Source: Candidatus Latescibacterota bacterium
Lineage (GTDB): Bacteria > Latescibacterota > UBA2968 > UBA8231
Direction: 5' to 3'
Length of the DNA stretch: 64,000 bases
NCBI GenBank assembly: GCA_965248265.1
Contig: CBDFJF010000002.1
Span: 3,872,001 to 3,936,000 of the forward strand
Shown here: piece by piece, positions 10,673-19,547 of the stretch
How positions within the stretch are numbered: the stretch's first letter is position 1
Layout: the number at the start of each line of letters is the position of its first letter
Notes under the pieces: model-generated
The model's input: the letters and a program-made list of their open reading frames with translations, nothing else
Databases searched by the model: none
Told to the model about the DNA's origin: nothing
Translations under genes and position numbers: made by a program

Positions 10673-11176
10673 ATGGAAACAAACCCCTTATTGCCGGACC
10701 TCCAGCAGCTGCACGAGGGAATCGACACCAGGAATGCTCGCTTGTCGTCCCTTCACGCACAACGGCTCCAATGTCGTCTCGGCTGCACCATGTGCTGCGT
10801 CGATGACATCACAGTATTCGAGATAGAGGCAGAGAACATCCGTCGGCACCATCAAGAACTGCTCGAAACGGCACAGCCCCACCCACCTGGAGCCTGCGCC
10901 TTTCTCGACGACGGAGCCTGTCGCATATACGAACACCGCCCATACGTGTGCCGCACTCAGGGTTTGCCACTGCGCTGGTTTGAGACCTCTGCCGCTGGCT
11001 CCACGGTCGAGATGCGGGACATCTGCCCGCTGAATGAGTCCGGCGAGCCTCTGGAGAGTCTAAACGCAGATCACTGCTGGACCATAGGTCCAACCGAATC
11101 CTCGCTGGCGCAAATTCAGGCTGCCCAGGACGGCGAGCCGCTGCGGCGGGTGCCCTTGCGAGACCTGTTTCGTTGA
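10673..11176 (+). CDS. YkgJ family Cys-cluster protein
   Basis: CxxGCxxCC, CAFL, CxIYEHRPYVCR. Confidence 0.9.
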   Translation: METNPLLPDLQQLHEGIDTRNARLSSLHAQRLQCRLGCTMCCVDDITVFEIEAENIRRHHQELLETAQPHPPGACAFLDDGACRIYEHRPYVCRTQGLPLRWFETSAAGSTVEMRDICPLNESGEPLESLNADHCWTIGPTESSLAQIQAAQDGEPLRRVPLRDLFR

Positions 11177-11240
11177 GCCCAATTTACCAGCCAATCCCTC
11201 CGTGTTCGCATCGTGCATGTAGCTGCAAAAAAGAGAGGCT

Positions 11241-11804
11241 ATGATCGTGACCATTCCTGAACTCTGGCTCTGTATCGTGCTGGCCGCAGTGATCGTCTGG
11301 ATCGCCAGCGCCCTGATATGGATGGTGCTTCCCCACCACAAGTCCGACTTCAAGGGCATGCCGGACGAAGAAGCCGCACGCGCAGCGCTGGCACCGCAGT
11401 CCCTGCAACCGGGCCAGTACAACATCCCCCACCTGCCCTCGTGGGACGCCATGAAGGAGCCCGAGCATCGCCGCAAGTTCGATGAGGGCCCCGTGGGATT
11501 CCTGACCGTGTTGCCAAACCGCCCGCCTCCGATGGGCAAGGCGATGTTTCTGTCGTTCGTGTTCTTCGTCGTCGTCAGTATCATGGTCGCCTACGTCACC
11601 GGCAGGACGCTGTCTTCTGAAGCCGAGTACATGACGGTCTTCAGGGTCGCGGGGACGGTCTCATTCCTGGCGTATGGATTCGGCAGCATACCGAGTTCAA
11701 TCTGGTTTGGCAGACCCTGGTCGGCCGTGATCAAGGATCTGTTCGACTCACTGGTCTACGGCCTGCTCACAGCAGGAGCCTTTGCCGGCTTTTGGCCTGA
11801 ATGA
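11241..11804 (+). CDS. Conserved 4-TM membrane protein
   Basis: WMVLPHHKSD..PGQY..IWFGRPW, hydrophobic helices, RBS GAGG. Confidence 0.8.
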   Translation: MIVTIPELWLCIVLAAVIVWIASALIWMVLPHHKSDFKGMPDEEAARAALAPQSLQPGQYNIPHLPSWDAMKEPEHRRKFDEGPVGFLTVLPNRPPPMGKAMFLSFVFFVVVSIMVAYVTGRTLSSEAEYMTVFRVAGTVSFLAYGFGSIPSSIWFGRPWSAVIKDLFDSLVYGLLTAGAFAGFWPE

Positions 11805-12499
11805 ACATCTTCCTGCTCACAGGCCAATCCAATATGGCCGGTCGGGGTCCCCTCGACACTGTGGAGCCGTTGCGCAATCCGAATATCCTGGTACTGCGTG
11901 AAGAGGGCTGGACGGAAGCCAGCGAACCTCTTCACAGCGACAAACCTACCGCTGGGATCGGCCTCGCCATGAGTTTCGCGCAGCGCCTGCTGGAGCGTTC
12001 ACCGCAGGCGACCATCGGACTCGTCCCCTGCGCCGAAGGCGGCTCGCCCCTCAGTAGATGGATGCCGGGTCAGGATCTGAGTGACCAAGCGCTGGCACTC
12101 GGCCGCCAGGCGATGGAAGACGGTGAGTTGCGGGGAATCCTGTGGCACCAGGGTGAATCAGACTCGGGAACCAAGAGTGATGCCAGCTCCTATGCGTCCC
12201 GGCTGACGAAAGTGATTGCCCATCTTCGCGAGCAGTTGACCGCCACTGACGTGCCGTTCATAGCTGGAGAGATTGGACTGTTTCTGCGCGAAGTTGAGAG
12301 CAAGACGTATTTCGCCGTGGTGAATGATGCCCTGCGAACGGTAACCGAGAGCTTGTATGCCTGTGCCAGTGCCCGCGACCTGGCTGACACGGGCGATCAC
12401 GTTCATTTCGATTCTCCGTCCCTACGTGAGTTCGGCTGTCGCTACGCCGAGGAGTACCTCCGGTTGATTCAAGAACACCACCTGCCACCACTGAGTTGA
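11801..12499 (+). CDS. Sialate O-acetylesterase (SASA/CE6, SGNH)
   Basis: GQSNMAG, WHQGESD, DHVHF. Confidence 0.92.
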   Translation: MNIFLLTGQSNMAGRGPLDTVEPLRNPNILVLREEGWTEASEPLHSDKPTAGIGLAMSFAQRLLERSPQATIGLVPCAEGGSPLSRWMPGQDLSDQALALGRQAMEDGELRGILWHQGESDSGTKSDASSYASRLTKVIAHLREQLTATDVPFIAGEIGLFLREVESKTYFAVVNDALRTVTESLYACASARDLADTGDHVHFDSPSLREFGCRYAEEYLRLIQEHHLPPLS

Positions 12500-12517
12500 T
12501 ATTGAGGGAGCGAACGC

Positions 12518-12901
12518 ATGCCCGTTGTTACGTCGTTGAGGGCCAGTAACCCTCCGCTTTGGTCGGAGGTGACGGCCGCGGGCATCTTCCGCGTTAGCGC
12601 CGACGACAACGCCACCTTCGATTGCCATTTCCACGATTGCCACGAGTACTGGCTCGTGTACAAGGGGCGCGCCAAAATCGTCACCGAGGGCGTCGAACAC
12701 TACGTGAAGCCAGGTGATATCGTCTGTACCAAGGCTGGCGATGAGCACGACATGCTCGAGGTCTACGATGATTTCGAGGCGTTCTATTTCGAGGATAGCA
12801 CGCCTCCCGGAGGGCGCACCGGTCATCTGCACAAGAATGCCAGCAAGGCGGAAAAGCATCTCGTACCGACACGACCCCTACCACCCGACTTCCCTGTTTA
12901 G
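12518..12901 (+). CDS. Cupin-domain protein
   Basis: HFHDCHE..G, PGD..AGDEH. Confidence 0.85.
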   Translation: MPVVTSLRASNPPLWSEVTAAGIFRVSADDNATFDCHFHDCHEYWLVYKGRAKIVTEGVEHYVKPGDIVCTKAGDEHDMLEVYDDFEAFYFEDSTPPGGRTGHLHKNASKAEKHLVPTRPLPPDFPV

Positions 12902-12949
12902 ATTGTCAATGGAGGAATTGTTGCGACGACTCAACTCAGTACCGGAGGC

Positions 12950-15685
12950 GTGACCATGTCACGGAATTCCCAGTCGATGGGAGAGCCCGTACCCGACAGA
13001 GGCCAGCAAGGAGAGGAAGACGCCGAAGCCCGGGAGTGGATCGAATCCCTTGACTATGTGCTGGAGCAGTCGGACCCTGAGCGTGTCATCCAGCTGCTCG
13101 ACCTGCTGCAGACGCACGCTCGACAACGGGGGGTCCCCATTCCAAGCGCCACCAGCACCCCTTACGTGAACACGATTCCCGCAACGCACCAACCTCCGTA
13201 CCCTGGAAGCCACGACCTCGAACGACGCATTCGCAATATCATTCGCTGGAACGCCATGATCATGGTCGTGCGCGCCAACCGCGAAGACCCTACCATGGGC
13301 GGCCACATCGCCACCTACGCCTCGCTGGCGACGCTCTACGAAGTCGCCTTCAACCACTTTTTCCGGGGCGGTGATCCGTCAACCGACAGTGACTCATCAA
13401 CCGACCGCGATACGTCATCCGACGGGGACCTGGTTTACTTCCAAGCCCACACTTCCCCCGGCATTTACGCCAGAGCCTATCTCGAAGGACGGTTGAGTCA
13501 GGAACAGCTGGAGAATTTCCGTCATGAGCTGAGACCGGGTGGCGGATTGTCTTCCTACCCACACCCGTACCTGATGCCGGACTTCTGGCAGTTTCCGACC
13601 GCGTCGATGGGGCTTTGTCCGATCACGGCCATCTACCAGGCACGCTACAATCGATACCTGGAGGATCGTGGCCTGAAGGAACCATCAGACGCCAGGGTCT
13701 GGGCCTTTATCGGGGACGGTGAGACCGATGAACCCGAATCCCTCGGTGCCATCTCCCTGGCTGCCCGCGAACAACTGGACAACCTCGTTTTTGTCGTCAA
13801 CTGCAACCTGCAACGCCTGGATGGACCGGTCCGCGGCAACGGCAAGATCATTCAGGAATTGGAGACCTTTTTTCGCGGCGCCGGCTGGAATGTCATCAAG
13901 GTTATCTGGGGCAGCGACTGGGATCCCCTTCTGGCCATGGACAACGACGGATTGCTGAGCAGGCGCATGGGTGAACTCGTCGACGGCCAGTACCAGAAAT
14001 ACAGCGTCTCTGACGGCGACTACCAGCGCAACCATTTCTTCGGTGTTGACGAGCGCCTGATGGAACTCTCGCGACAACTCACGGACGAGCACATCCGCAC
14101 CATCAGGCGTGGCGGTCACGATGCCGACAAGGTCTACGCCGCCTACCAGGCTGCGGTCGAACACAAGGGCTCACCATCGGTAATTCTCGCTAAGACTATC
14201 AAGGGGTATGGCATGGGCTCGGTGGGCGAGGGTCGCATGACCGTCCATCAGCGCAAGGCGTTGGACACGGAGGCGTTGAGTGAGATCCGCACCCGCTTCG
14301 GCATCCCGATCTCGGACGACGAGGTCGAGCAACTCTCCTTCTACCGTCCACCCGATGACAGCCCGGAAATCGAATACCTGATGGAAAGGAGGCGCGCACT
14401 GGGCGGGTTCGTTCCGCAACGAAAGATCCCCAGCGCCCAAGCGCCTCAGCCACAGAGCGATCTCTTCGACGAATTCACCGCGGGCACGGGCGATCGCGAA
14501 AGTTCCTCGACCATGTCCTTCGTGCGAATACTGGCCAAGCTGCTACGCGATCCTGAAATGGGTAAATACATTGTCCCAATCGTCCCGGACGAAGCTCGCA
14601 CCTTCGGCATGGAGGGCCTGTTCAGGCAATACGGCATTTATTCTCATATCGGGCAGCTTTACGATCCGGTTGACAGCGAAAACCTCACGTATTACCGCGA
14701 GGCTCAAGATGGGCAACTCATCGAAGAGGGTATCAGCGAAGCCGGAGCCCTGTCTTCCTTCATCGCGGCTGGGACCGCGTATGCCAGTCACGGGGTGCCG
14801 ACCCTGCCGTTTTTCGTGTTTTACTCCATCTTCGGCTTCCAACGGGTCGGCGATTTGATTTATGCCGCCGGAGACCAACGCGCCCGTGGCTTCCTCATCG
14901 GTGCCACGTCGGGACGCACGACTCTCAACGGCGAAGGACTGCAGCACCAGGATGGCCACAGCCACTTGCTCGCCTATACCCACCCGCACGTCGTCGCCTA
15001 TGACCCCGCATTTTCCCACGAACTCGCCGTCATCATCCGCGAGGGCATCCGTAGAATGTACCAGCAACAGGACGACGTGATCTACTATTTGACCGTCCAG
15101 AATGAGAGCTATCCGATGCCGGACATGCCGGCTGGCGCCGAAGAGGGGATCCTCAAGGGGCTTTACCTGCTACGTGAACCCATTCGCCCGGCCGCCAAGA
15201 GATCCGCACAAGCGCATCTGTTCGCCAGCGGCAGCATCATCCGCGAAGCCTGCCGCGCCCAGGAGATCCTCGAAGACTACGGGGTGGCGGCTAGCGTCTG
15301 GAGCATCACCAGCTTCCAGCAGCTGCACCAGGACAGCGTCGACGTCAACCGTGTCGGCACCCTCAATCCCCTGGAAAAGCCCGGACAAGGATGGATACAG
15401 CAGTGCCTCGATGGCACGACCGGGGCCTACGTCGTCGCCTCCGACTACGTGAAAGCCCTGCCGCACACGATCTCGCATTGCTTCCCCCGCCAACCCGTAG
15501 TCCTCGGAACGGACGGGTTCGGACGCAGCGACAGCCGTGCCGCCCTTCGACGGTACTTCGAGATCGACGCCGCCGCCATCGCCTGGGCCGCCCTTGGTGA
15601 CCTGGCTCGCCAGGGCCTCGTCGATGGCAAGCTGTTGAACAAGGCGAGTGCAGCACTTGGAGTTGAAGCGGGAACACCAAGCTGA
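12950..15685 (+). CDS. aceE: Pyruvate dehydrogenase E1, homodimeric type
   Basis: GGHIATYAS, LSSYPHP, GDGETDEPE, NLQRLDGPVRGN, DEARTFGMEG, GEGLQHQDG, LGTDGFGRSD. Confidence 0.97.
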   Translation: MTMSRNSQSMGEPVPDRGQQGEEDAEAREWIESLDYVLEQSDPERVIQLLDLLQTHARQRGVPIPSATSTPYVNTIPATHQPPYPGSHDLERRIRNIIRWNAMIMVVRANREDPTMGGHIATYASLATLYEVAFNHFFRGGDPSTDSDSSTDRDTSSDGDLVYFQAHTSPGIYARAYLEGRLSQEQLENFRHELRPGGGLSSYPHPYLMPDFWQFPTASMGLCPITAIYQARYNRYLEDRGLKEPSDARVWAFIGDGETDEPESLGAISLAAREQLDNLVFVVNCNLQRLDGPVRGNGKIIQELETFFRGAGWNVIKVIWGSDWDPLLAMDNDGLLSRRMGELVDGQYQKYSVSDGDYQRNHFFGVDERLMELSRQLTDEHIRTIRRGGHDADKVYAAYQAAVEHKGSPSVILAKTIKGYGMGSVGEGRMTVHQRKALDTEALSEIRTRFGIPISDDEVEQLSFYRPPDDSPEIEYLMERRRALGGFVPQRKIPSAQAPQPQSDLFDEFTAGTGDRESSSTMSFVRILAKLLRDPEMGKYIVPIVPDEARTFGMEGLFRQYGIYSHIGQLYDPVDSENLTYYREAQDGQLIEEGISEAGALSSFIAAGTAYASHGVPTLPFFVFYSIFGFQRVGDLIYAAGDQRARGFLIGATSGRTTLNGEGLQHQDGHSHLLAYTHPHVVAYDPAFSHELAVIIREGIRRMYQQQDDVIYYLTVQNESYPMPDMPAGAEEGILKGLYLLREPIRPAAKRSAQAHLFASGSIIREACRAQEILEDYGVAASVWSITSFQQLHQDSVDVNRVGTLNPLEKPGQGWIQQCLDGTTGAYVVASDYVKALPHTISHCFPRQPVVLGTDGFGRSDSRAALRRYFEIDAAAIAWAALGDLARQGLVDGKLLNKASAALGVEAGTPS

Positions 15686-15776
15686 TCATCGCCCGAGGCA
15701 GCCTTGTCGGAATCGCCTCGCATCCTCACCTTTTGAGGCTTCCCGATTGTGTGAGAATTCTCTGACCGAGATACCT

Positions 15777-16817
15777 ATGGTAGACGGTGTGGTAGAAGGC
15801 GTGGCAGACGGCGACCCTACGAAAAAAGAGATCAAAGAGCCTCCGATGCTGTTCGACCGCACTCAGGAGCTCCTGTCTCATGTAGAAACCGTCATGGGCT
15901 GCAAGACCTTCACGTACTGGACGTCGGATCGCGGTATGGTTTGTGACAACGACGTGGTCGCCCTCTACGAGCTCTTCAAGAAGATCGGCCCCGCGGAAGA
16001 AATAGCCGTCTTCATCAAATCTCCGGGAGGCAGCGTCGAGGCGGCGCTGCGAATCGTCAACCTTATGCGTGAGTATTACACCAGAGTGACGGCACTGGTA
16101 CCGCTGCAATGCGCTTCAGCGGCCACGATGATCGCTCTTGGTGCGAATGAGATTCGGATGGGTCCCCTTGCCCATCTCACTGCCATCGACTCTTCCCTTA
16201 CCCACGATTTGTCCCCGCTCGATGACCGCGAAAATCGACGCGTCAGTGTCAGCCAGGACGAGCTCGCCCGCATCGTCAGCCTGTGGGACAAGAGTTCTCG
16301 GGAACACCACGGAAATCCCTATACCGACATCTTCAAGTACATCCATCCTCTCGTGGTCGGTGCCCTCGATCGCGCCAGTTCGCTCTCGATTCAGATCTGC
16401 AAGGAAATCCTCTCGTATCATGTAAGCAGTGAGGCCGAAGCAGAGCGCATCAGCACACACCTGAATTCGAATTACCCCTCACACACCTACCCGATCACCC
16501 TGCAGGAAGCCGGCCGCATCGGCCTCAACATCAAGGAACTGGACGGGGCGATGAACGACAGCCTCATCGACCTCAACGTATTGTATTCCGAGATGGCCCA
16601 GAAGGCGCTGACCGATTTCGATGAGTTCGCCTATCACGACAACGAAATCCTGAACATCCTCGAAGCCAACGGCTCACAGATCTACTACCAGAATGACCAG
16701 GATTGGAACTACATCAAGGAGGAACGTCGCTGGCACACCCTCAATGATGAGAGCTCATGGCGACGAATCGATCTGGAAAACGGGGAAAAGGTTCACGGGA
16801 TGTTCCACATTCGCTGA
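15777..16817 (+). CDS. SDH/ClpP-fold serine protease (DUF114-like)
   Basis: SPGG, SAATMIALGA, HTYPI; start may be 15846. Confidence 0.8.
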   Translation: MVDGVVEGVADGDPTKKEIKEPPMLFDRTQELLSHVETVMGCKTFTYWTSDRGMVCDNDVVALYELFKKIGPAEEIAVFIKSPGGSVEAALRIVNLMREYYTRVTALVPLQCASAATMIALGANEIRMGPLAHLTAIDSSLTHDLSPLDDRENRRVSVSQDELARIVSLWDKSSREHHGNPYTDIFKYIHPLVVGALDRASSLSIQICKEILSYHVSSEAEAERISTHLNSNYPSHTYPITLQEAGRIGLNIKELDGAMNDSLIDLNVLYSEMAQKALTDFDEFAYHDNEILNILEANGSQIYYQNDQDWNYIKEERRWHTLNDESSWRRIDLENGEKVHGMFHIR

Positions 16818-16888
16818 AGCCATCGCGGAGTGCGGAATTCTGTCCATCTAAGTATCCGCTAACAGAACGCGGACGAACCAGGATGAAC

Positions 16889-16920
16889 GGACGTGACCCA
16901 GCTAAGCCTGGGTCACGTCC
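16889..16920. terminator. Perfect 13-bp hairpin after the operon (terminator-like or REP)
   Basis: GGACGTGACCCAG-ctaagc-CTGGGTCACGTCC; no U-tract. Confidence 0.4.
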
Positions 16921-17064
16921 GACCTGAACGTTCTCCTCTAATCTTCCCAGCGTCCGCGACGGAGTATCGGTTCGACGTGGGCGCACAATCAGATCGCCTC
17001 GAAGGGCACCAAGTCCAGTATGCCTGAGTGGAATCCATCGAGTGTTGTGAAATGGCGATCGTCC

Positions 17065-17093
17065 TGACCCTCGTTCCCTGAATCTGATTACCG
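17065..17093. repeat. 11-7-11 palindromic site
   Basis: TGACCCTCGTT ccctgaa TCTGATTACCG. Confidence 0.65.
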
Positions 17094-17137
17094 GGCACTC
17101 GGCTGAAACTCGTGCGATTGGATTCCTTCCCGCGATT

Positions 17138-17340
17138 CCCGGGACTCCCTGAGGGGGGTCAGACCCCGGATCCGGTTTTCGGAGAGCTTGGACTACCGAT
17201 AAGATGTATTGCCGGTAGTATCGGACCGGTCTTCGCGGGTGACGGCGTGAGCGGGGACGGCCTCCCGCATCATCCCCGGGACTCCCTGAGGGGGTTTACA
17301 CCCCGGATCCGATTTTCGGAGAGCTTGGACTACCGATAAG
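17138..17340. repeat. Two 66-bp direct repeats (17138-17203, 17275-17340), REP-like
   Basis: CCCGGGACTCCCTGAGGGGG..ACCCCGGATCCGRTTTTCGGAGAGCTTGGACTACCGATAAG twice; first copy contains the GGGGTCAGACCCC palindrome. Confidence 0.85.
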
Positions 17341-17478
17341 GCGTTACTCGTTAGTCTGCACGTGAAACTCGATGAGGTTTTCCTCGGTGAGGGGCTAAGG
17401 GTAGACGCAGTGACAGAAGGCCGGCCTTCCGGTGTTGTACAGTAGATAGTGACCATACTGACATCCGGAGGAACACTC

Positions 17479-18183
17479 ATGTCTCCCTCAGCATTCCCAA
17501 TCCATACCCGCCGCTGTCTGCGGCCGTTTGCACTGTCCGTGATCTGCTCCCTCGGACTCTTGACCGCCTGTGGCGACGGGGCCGACTCGAGTACCGGGCC
17601 CGGTGATGATGATTCCGGAGAAATCACGACGCTGCAATCCTCGAAGGCGAGGGCGAGCGCTGCCGGGATCGATGCGGCCGACCTCCATGCACTGGTCGCA
17701 AGCAACACGGAGTTCGCTTTCGGTCTGTACGAATTACTGCGCGCCGAATCAGACGGCAACCTGTTCTATTCTCCATACAGCATCTCCCTGGCGCTGGCAA
17801 TGACCTGGGCCGGCGCGCGGGGCGAGACCGACGCACAGATGGCAGACGTCCTTCGGTTCAGTCTGCCCTCGGAGCGCCTGCATCCGGCCTTCAACGCCCT
17901 CGAACAAGAGCTGGCGAGTCGCGGCCAGAGCGTGCCCACCGATGAAGACGGGACCGGGTTCCAGCTCAGTATCGCTAACTCGATCTGGGGTCAGCGCGAC
18001 TTCGACTTCGAGGACGGCTTTCTGGATCTGCTGGCGGAGCAGTACGGCGCCGGTATGCGTCTCGTCGATTTCATCGGCTCTCCCGATCCATCGCGGCTGC
18101 TGATCAACGACTGGGTCGAACAGCAGACGGAAGACCGTATCAAGGATCTGTTGCCCGAAGGATCGGTGAATGTGTTGACGAGG
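17479..18183 (+). pseudogene. Serpin lipoprotein, 3'-truncated
   Basis: LTAC lipobox, NLFYSPYSISLALAM, ANSIW, INDWVEQQT..IKDLL; similarity stops at VLTR and there is no reactive-centre loop. Confidence 0.85.
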
Positions 18184-18184
18184 G

Positions 18185-18517
18185 GACCGCTGCAAGCATA
18201 TTATATGGGATGTTGCTTCCCGCATCTTGTCTTTGGGTGTTGATGCTGTACTGGATTTCGGGTTCTGGAGGAGGGCAGAGCGCGACAAATATCGAGGTCT
18301 TGTCCGGGAATGCGGCGCAAACTTCCAGCTCCACTACCTCGACTGCGAGCACTCTGAACTGAAGAATCGGCTCAAAGAACGAAACAGGGCGTTGCCCAAC
18401 GGCACATACGAAATAACAGAAGAGATGTTCGAAGAATTTATTCCCAGATTCGAGCCCCCTGAGTCAGAGGAGCTCATAACAAACGCATGCACCGGACGCG
18501 CTGGGGCGCGCCGGTGA
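18185..18517 (+). pseudogene. AAA_33-type P-loop kinase, 5'-truncated cassette gene
   Basis: DRCKHIIWDVASRILSLGVDAVLDFGFW..ER..RN..FEPP; Walker A missing; ends in an attC. Confidence 0.75.
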
Positions 18518-18532
18518 TGGCTGCCGTTAACA
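18474..18532 (+). other. attC site
   Basis: TCATAAC..CATGCACCGG / CCGGTGATG (one extrahelical base)..GTTAACA. Confidence 0.85.
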
Positions 18533-18543
18533 CGAAATAGAGA

Positions 18544-19311
18544 ATGACAAACGACTACCATAGAGCGAACAGGAATAGATGGGAGGCTAGTGCCGAGAAT
18601 TGGGCGAAGGGTGCTGATTCTCGCGGAATTTGGCGCCGATGTCCCACCGACCCCGCCCTTGTCCTGTCGCCAGTGGAGTTGGAATACCTCTCAGACGTGA
18701 AAGGAAAGCGCGTCTGCGTACTCGGTAGCGGCGACAACCAAGTCGTTTTCGCCCTGGCAGGGCTTGGCGCGAGCGTCACCTCGGTGGATATCGCTCAGGG
18801 GCAACTCGACGTTGGGTCGCGGCGGGCACAGGAATTAGGACTATCTGTGTCCTTTGTCCGTGCGGACGTGACAGATCTTGCAGAATTTGCAGATGGCCAC
18901 TTCGACATTGTTTACACGGGTGGACATGTCGCAGTGTGGGTGTCAAACCTGAAGCACTTCTACTCAGAGGCAGCTCGAGTTCTTCGTGTAGATGGATACC
19001 TGATCGTCGCCGAATACCATCCTTTCCGGCGAATATGGAAAGACTCATCGGAGCGATTGGAAGTCGGCGTGTCCTACTATGAACGCGGTCCATTCACGTT
19101 CGACTCGAACGACCATATCCTCAGGTCAGAGCCAGGTGACCTGAGATCCTATGAGTTCCATTGGAGAGTTTCCGACTACGTCAATGCGATCTGCCAAGCC
19201 GGTTGCCAAGTGTTGACGACGGACGAGTTCGGCGAGGACGTGGCAGATTGGGAAGGTGCCCCAATGCAAGGCCTGCCCGAGTTTCTTTTGATTGTCTCTC
19301 AAAAGAGATAG
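18544..19311 (+). CDS. Class I SAM-dependent methyltransferase (cassette)
   Basis: VCVLGSGD, VDI, ADVTDL, FDIVY, RVLRVDG, HPF. Confidence 0.9.
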   Translation: MTNDYHRANRNRWEASAENWAKGADSRGIWRRCPTDPALVLSPVELEYLSDVKGKRVCVLGSGDNQVVFALAGLGASVTSVDIAQGQLDVGSRRAQELGLSVSFVRADVTDLAEFADGHFDIVYTGGHVAVWVSNLKHFYSEAARVLRVDGYLIVAEYHPFRRIWKDSSERLEVGVSYYERGPFTFDSNDHILRSEPGDLRSYEFHWRVSDYVNAICQAGCQVLTTDEFGEDVADWEGAPMQGLPEFLLIVSQKR

Positions 19312-19410
19312 CGACAACAAGGTGACATCGGTCAGTCTCGACGGATCGAGGGAATCGGACTCATCGCCGCTCCTCAGGCCTCATTCGAGAAGTGGCAAGA
19401 CGATAGAGAC

Positions 19411-19531
19411 GTATAACACATGATCGAGCGGACCGAACGATGGTGATGTCGTGGCGAATGCGGCGTTGGGATACCAACATGGCCGTCCAAATGCCATTGC
19501 ATGGTCCGAGCCGCTCATCATTCTGTTGTCC
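19411..19531 (+). other. attC site
   Basis: GTATAAC..TGATCGAGCGG / CCGCTCATCA (extrahelical base)..GTTGTCC. Confidence 0.8.
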
Positions 19532-19547
19532 CAAGACGAATGCCCGT

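Noticed and set aside
16857-16936. attC-like CGCTAAC..GTTCTCC
   Set aside because: No proper L boxes; better explained as a simple hairpin
19321-19388. Single arms of the 11-7-11 motif (also at 16983, 50301, 52841, 53258)
   Set aside because: The partner arm is missing at the 7-bp spacing, so they were not counted as sites
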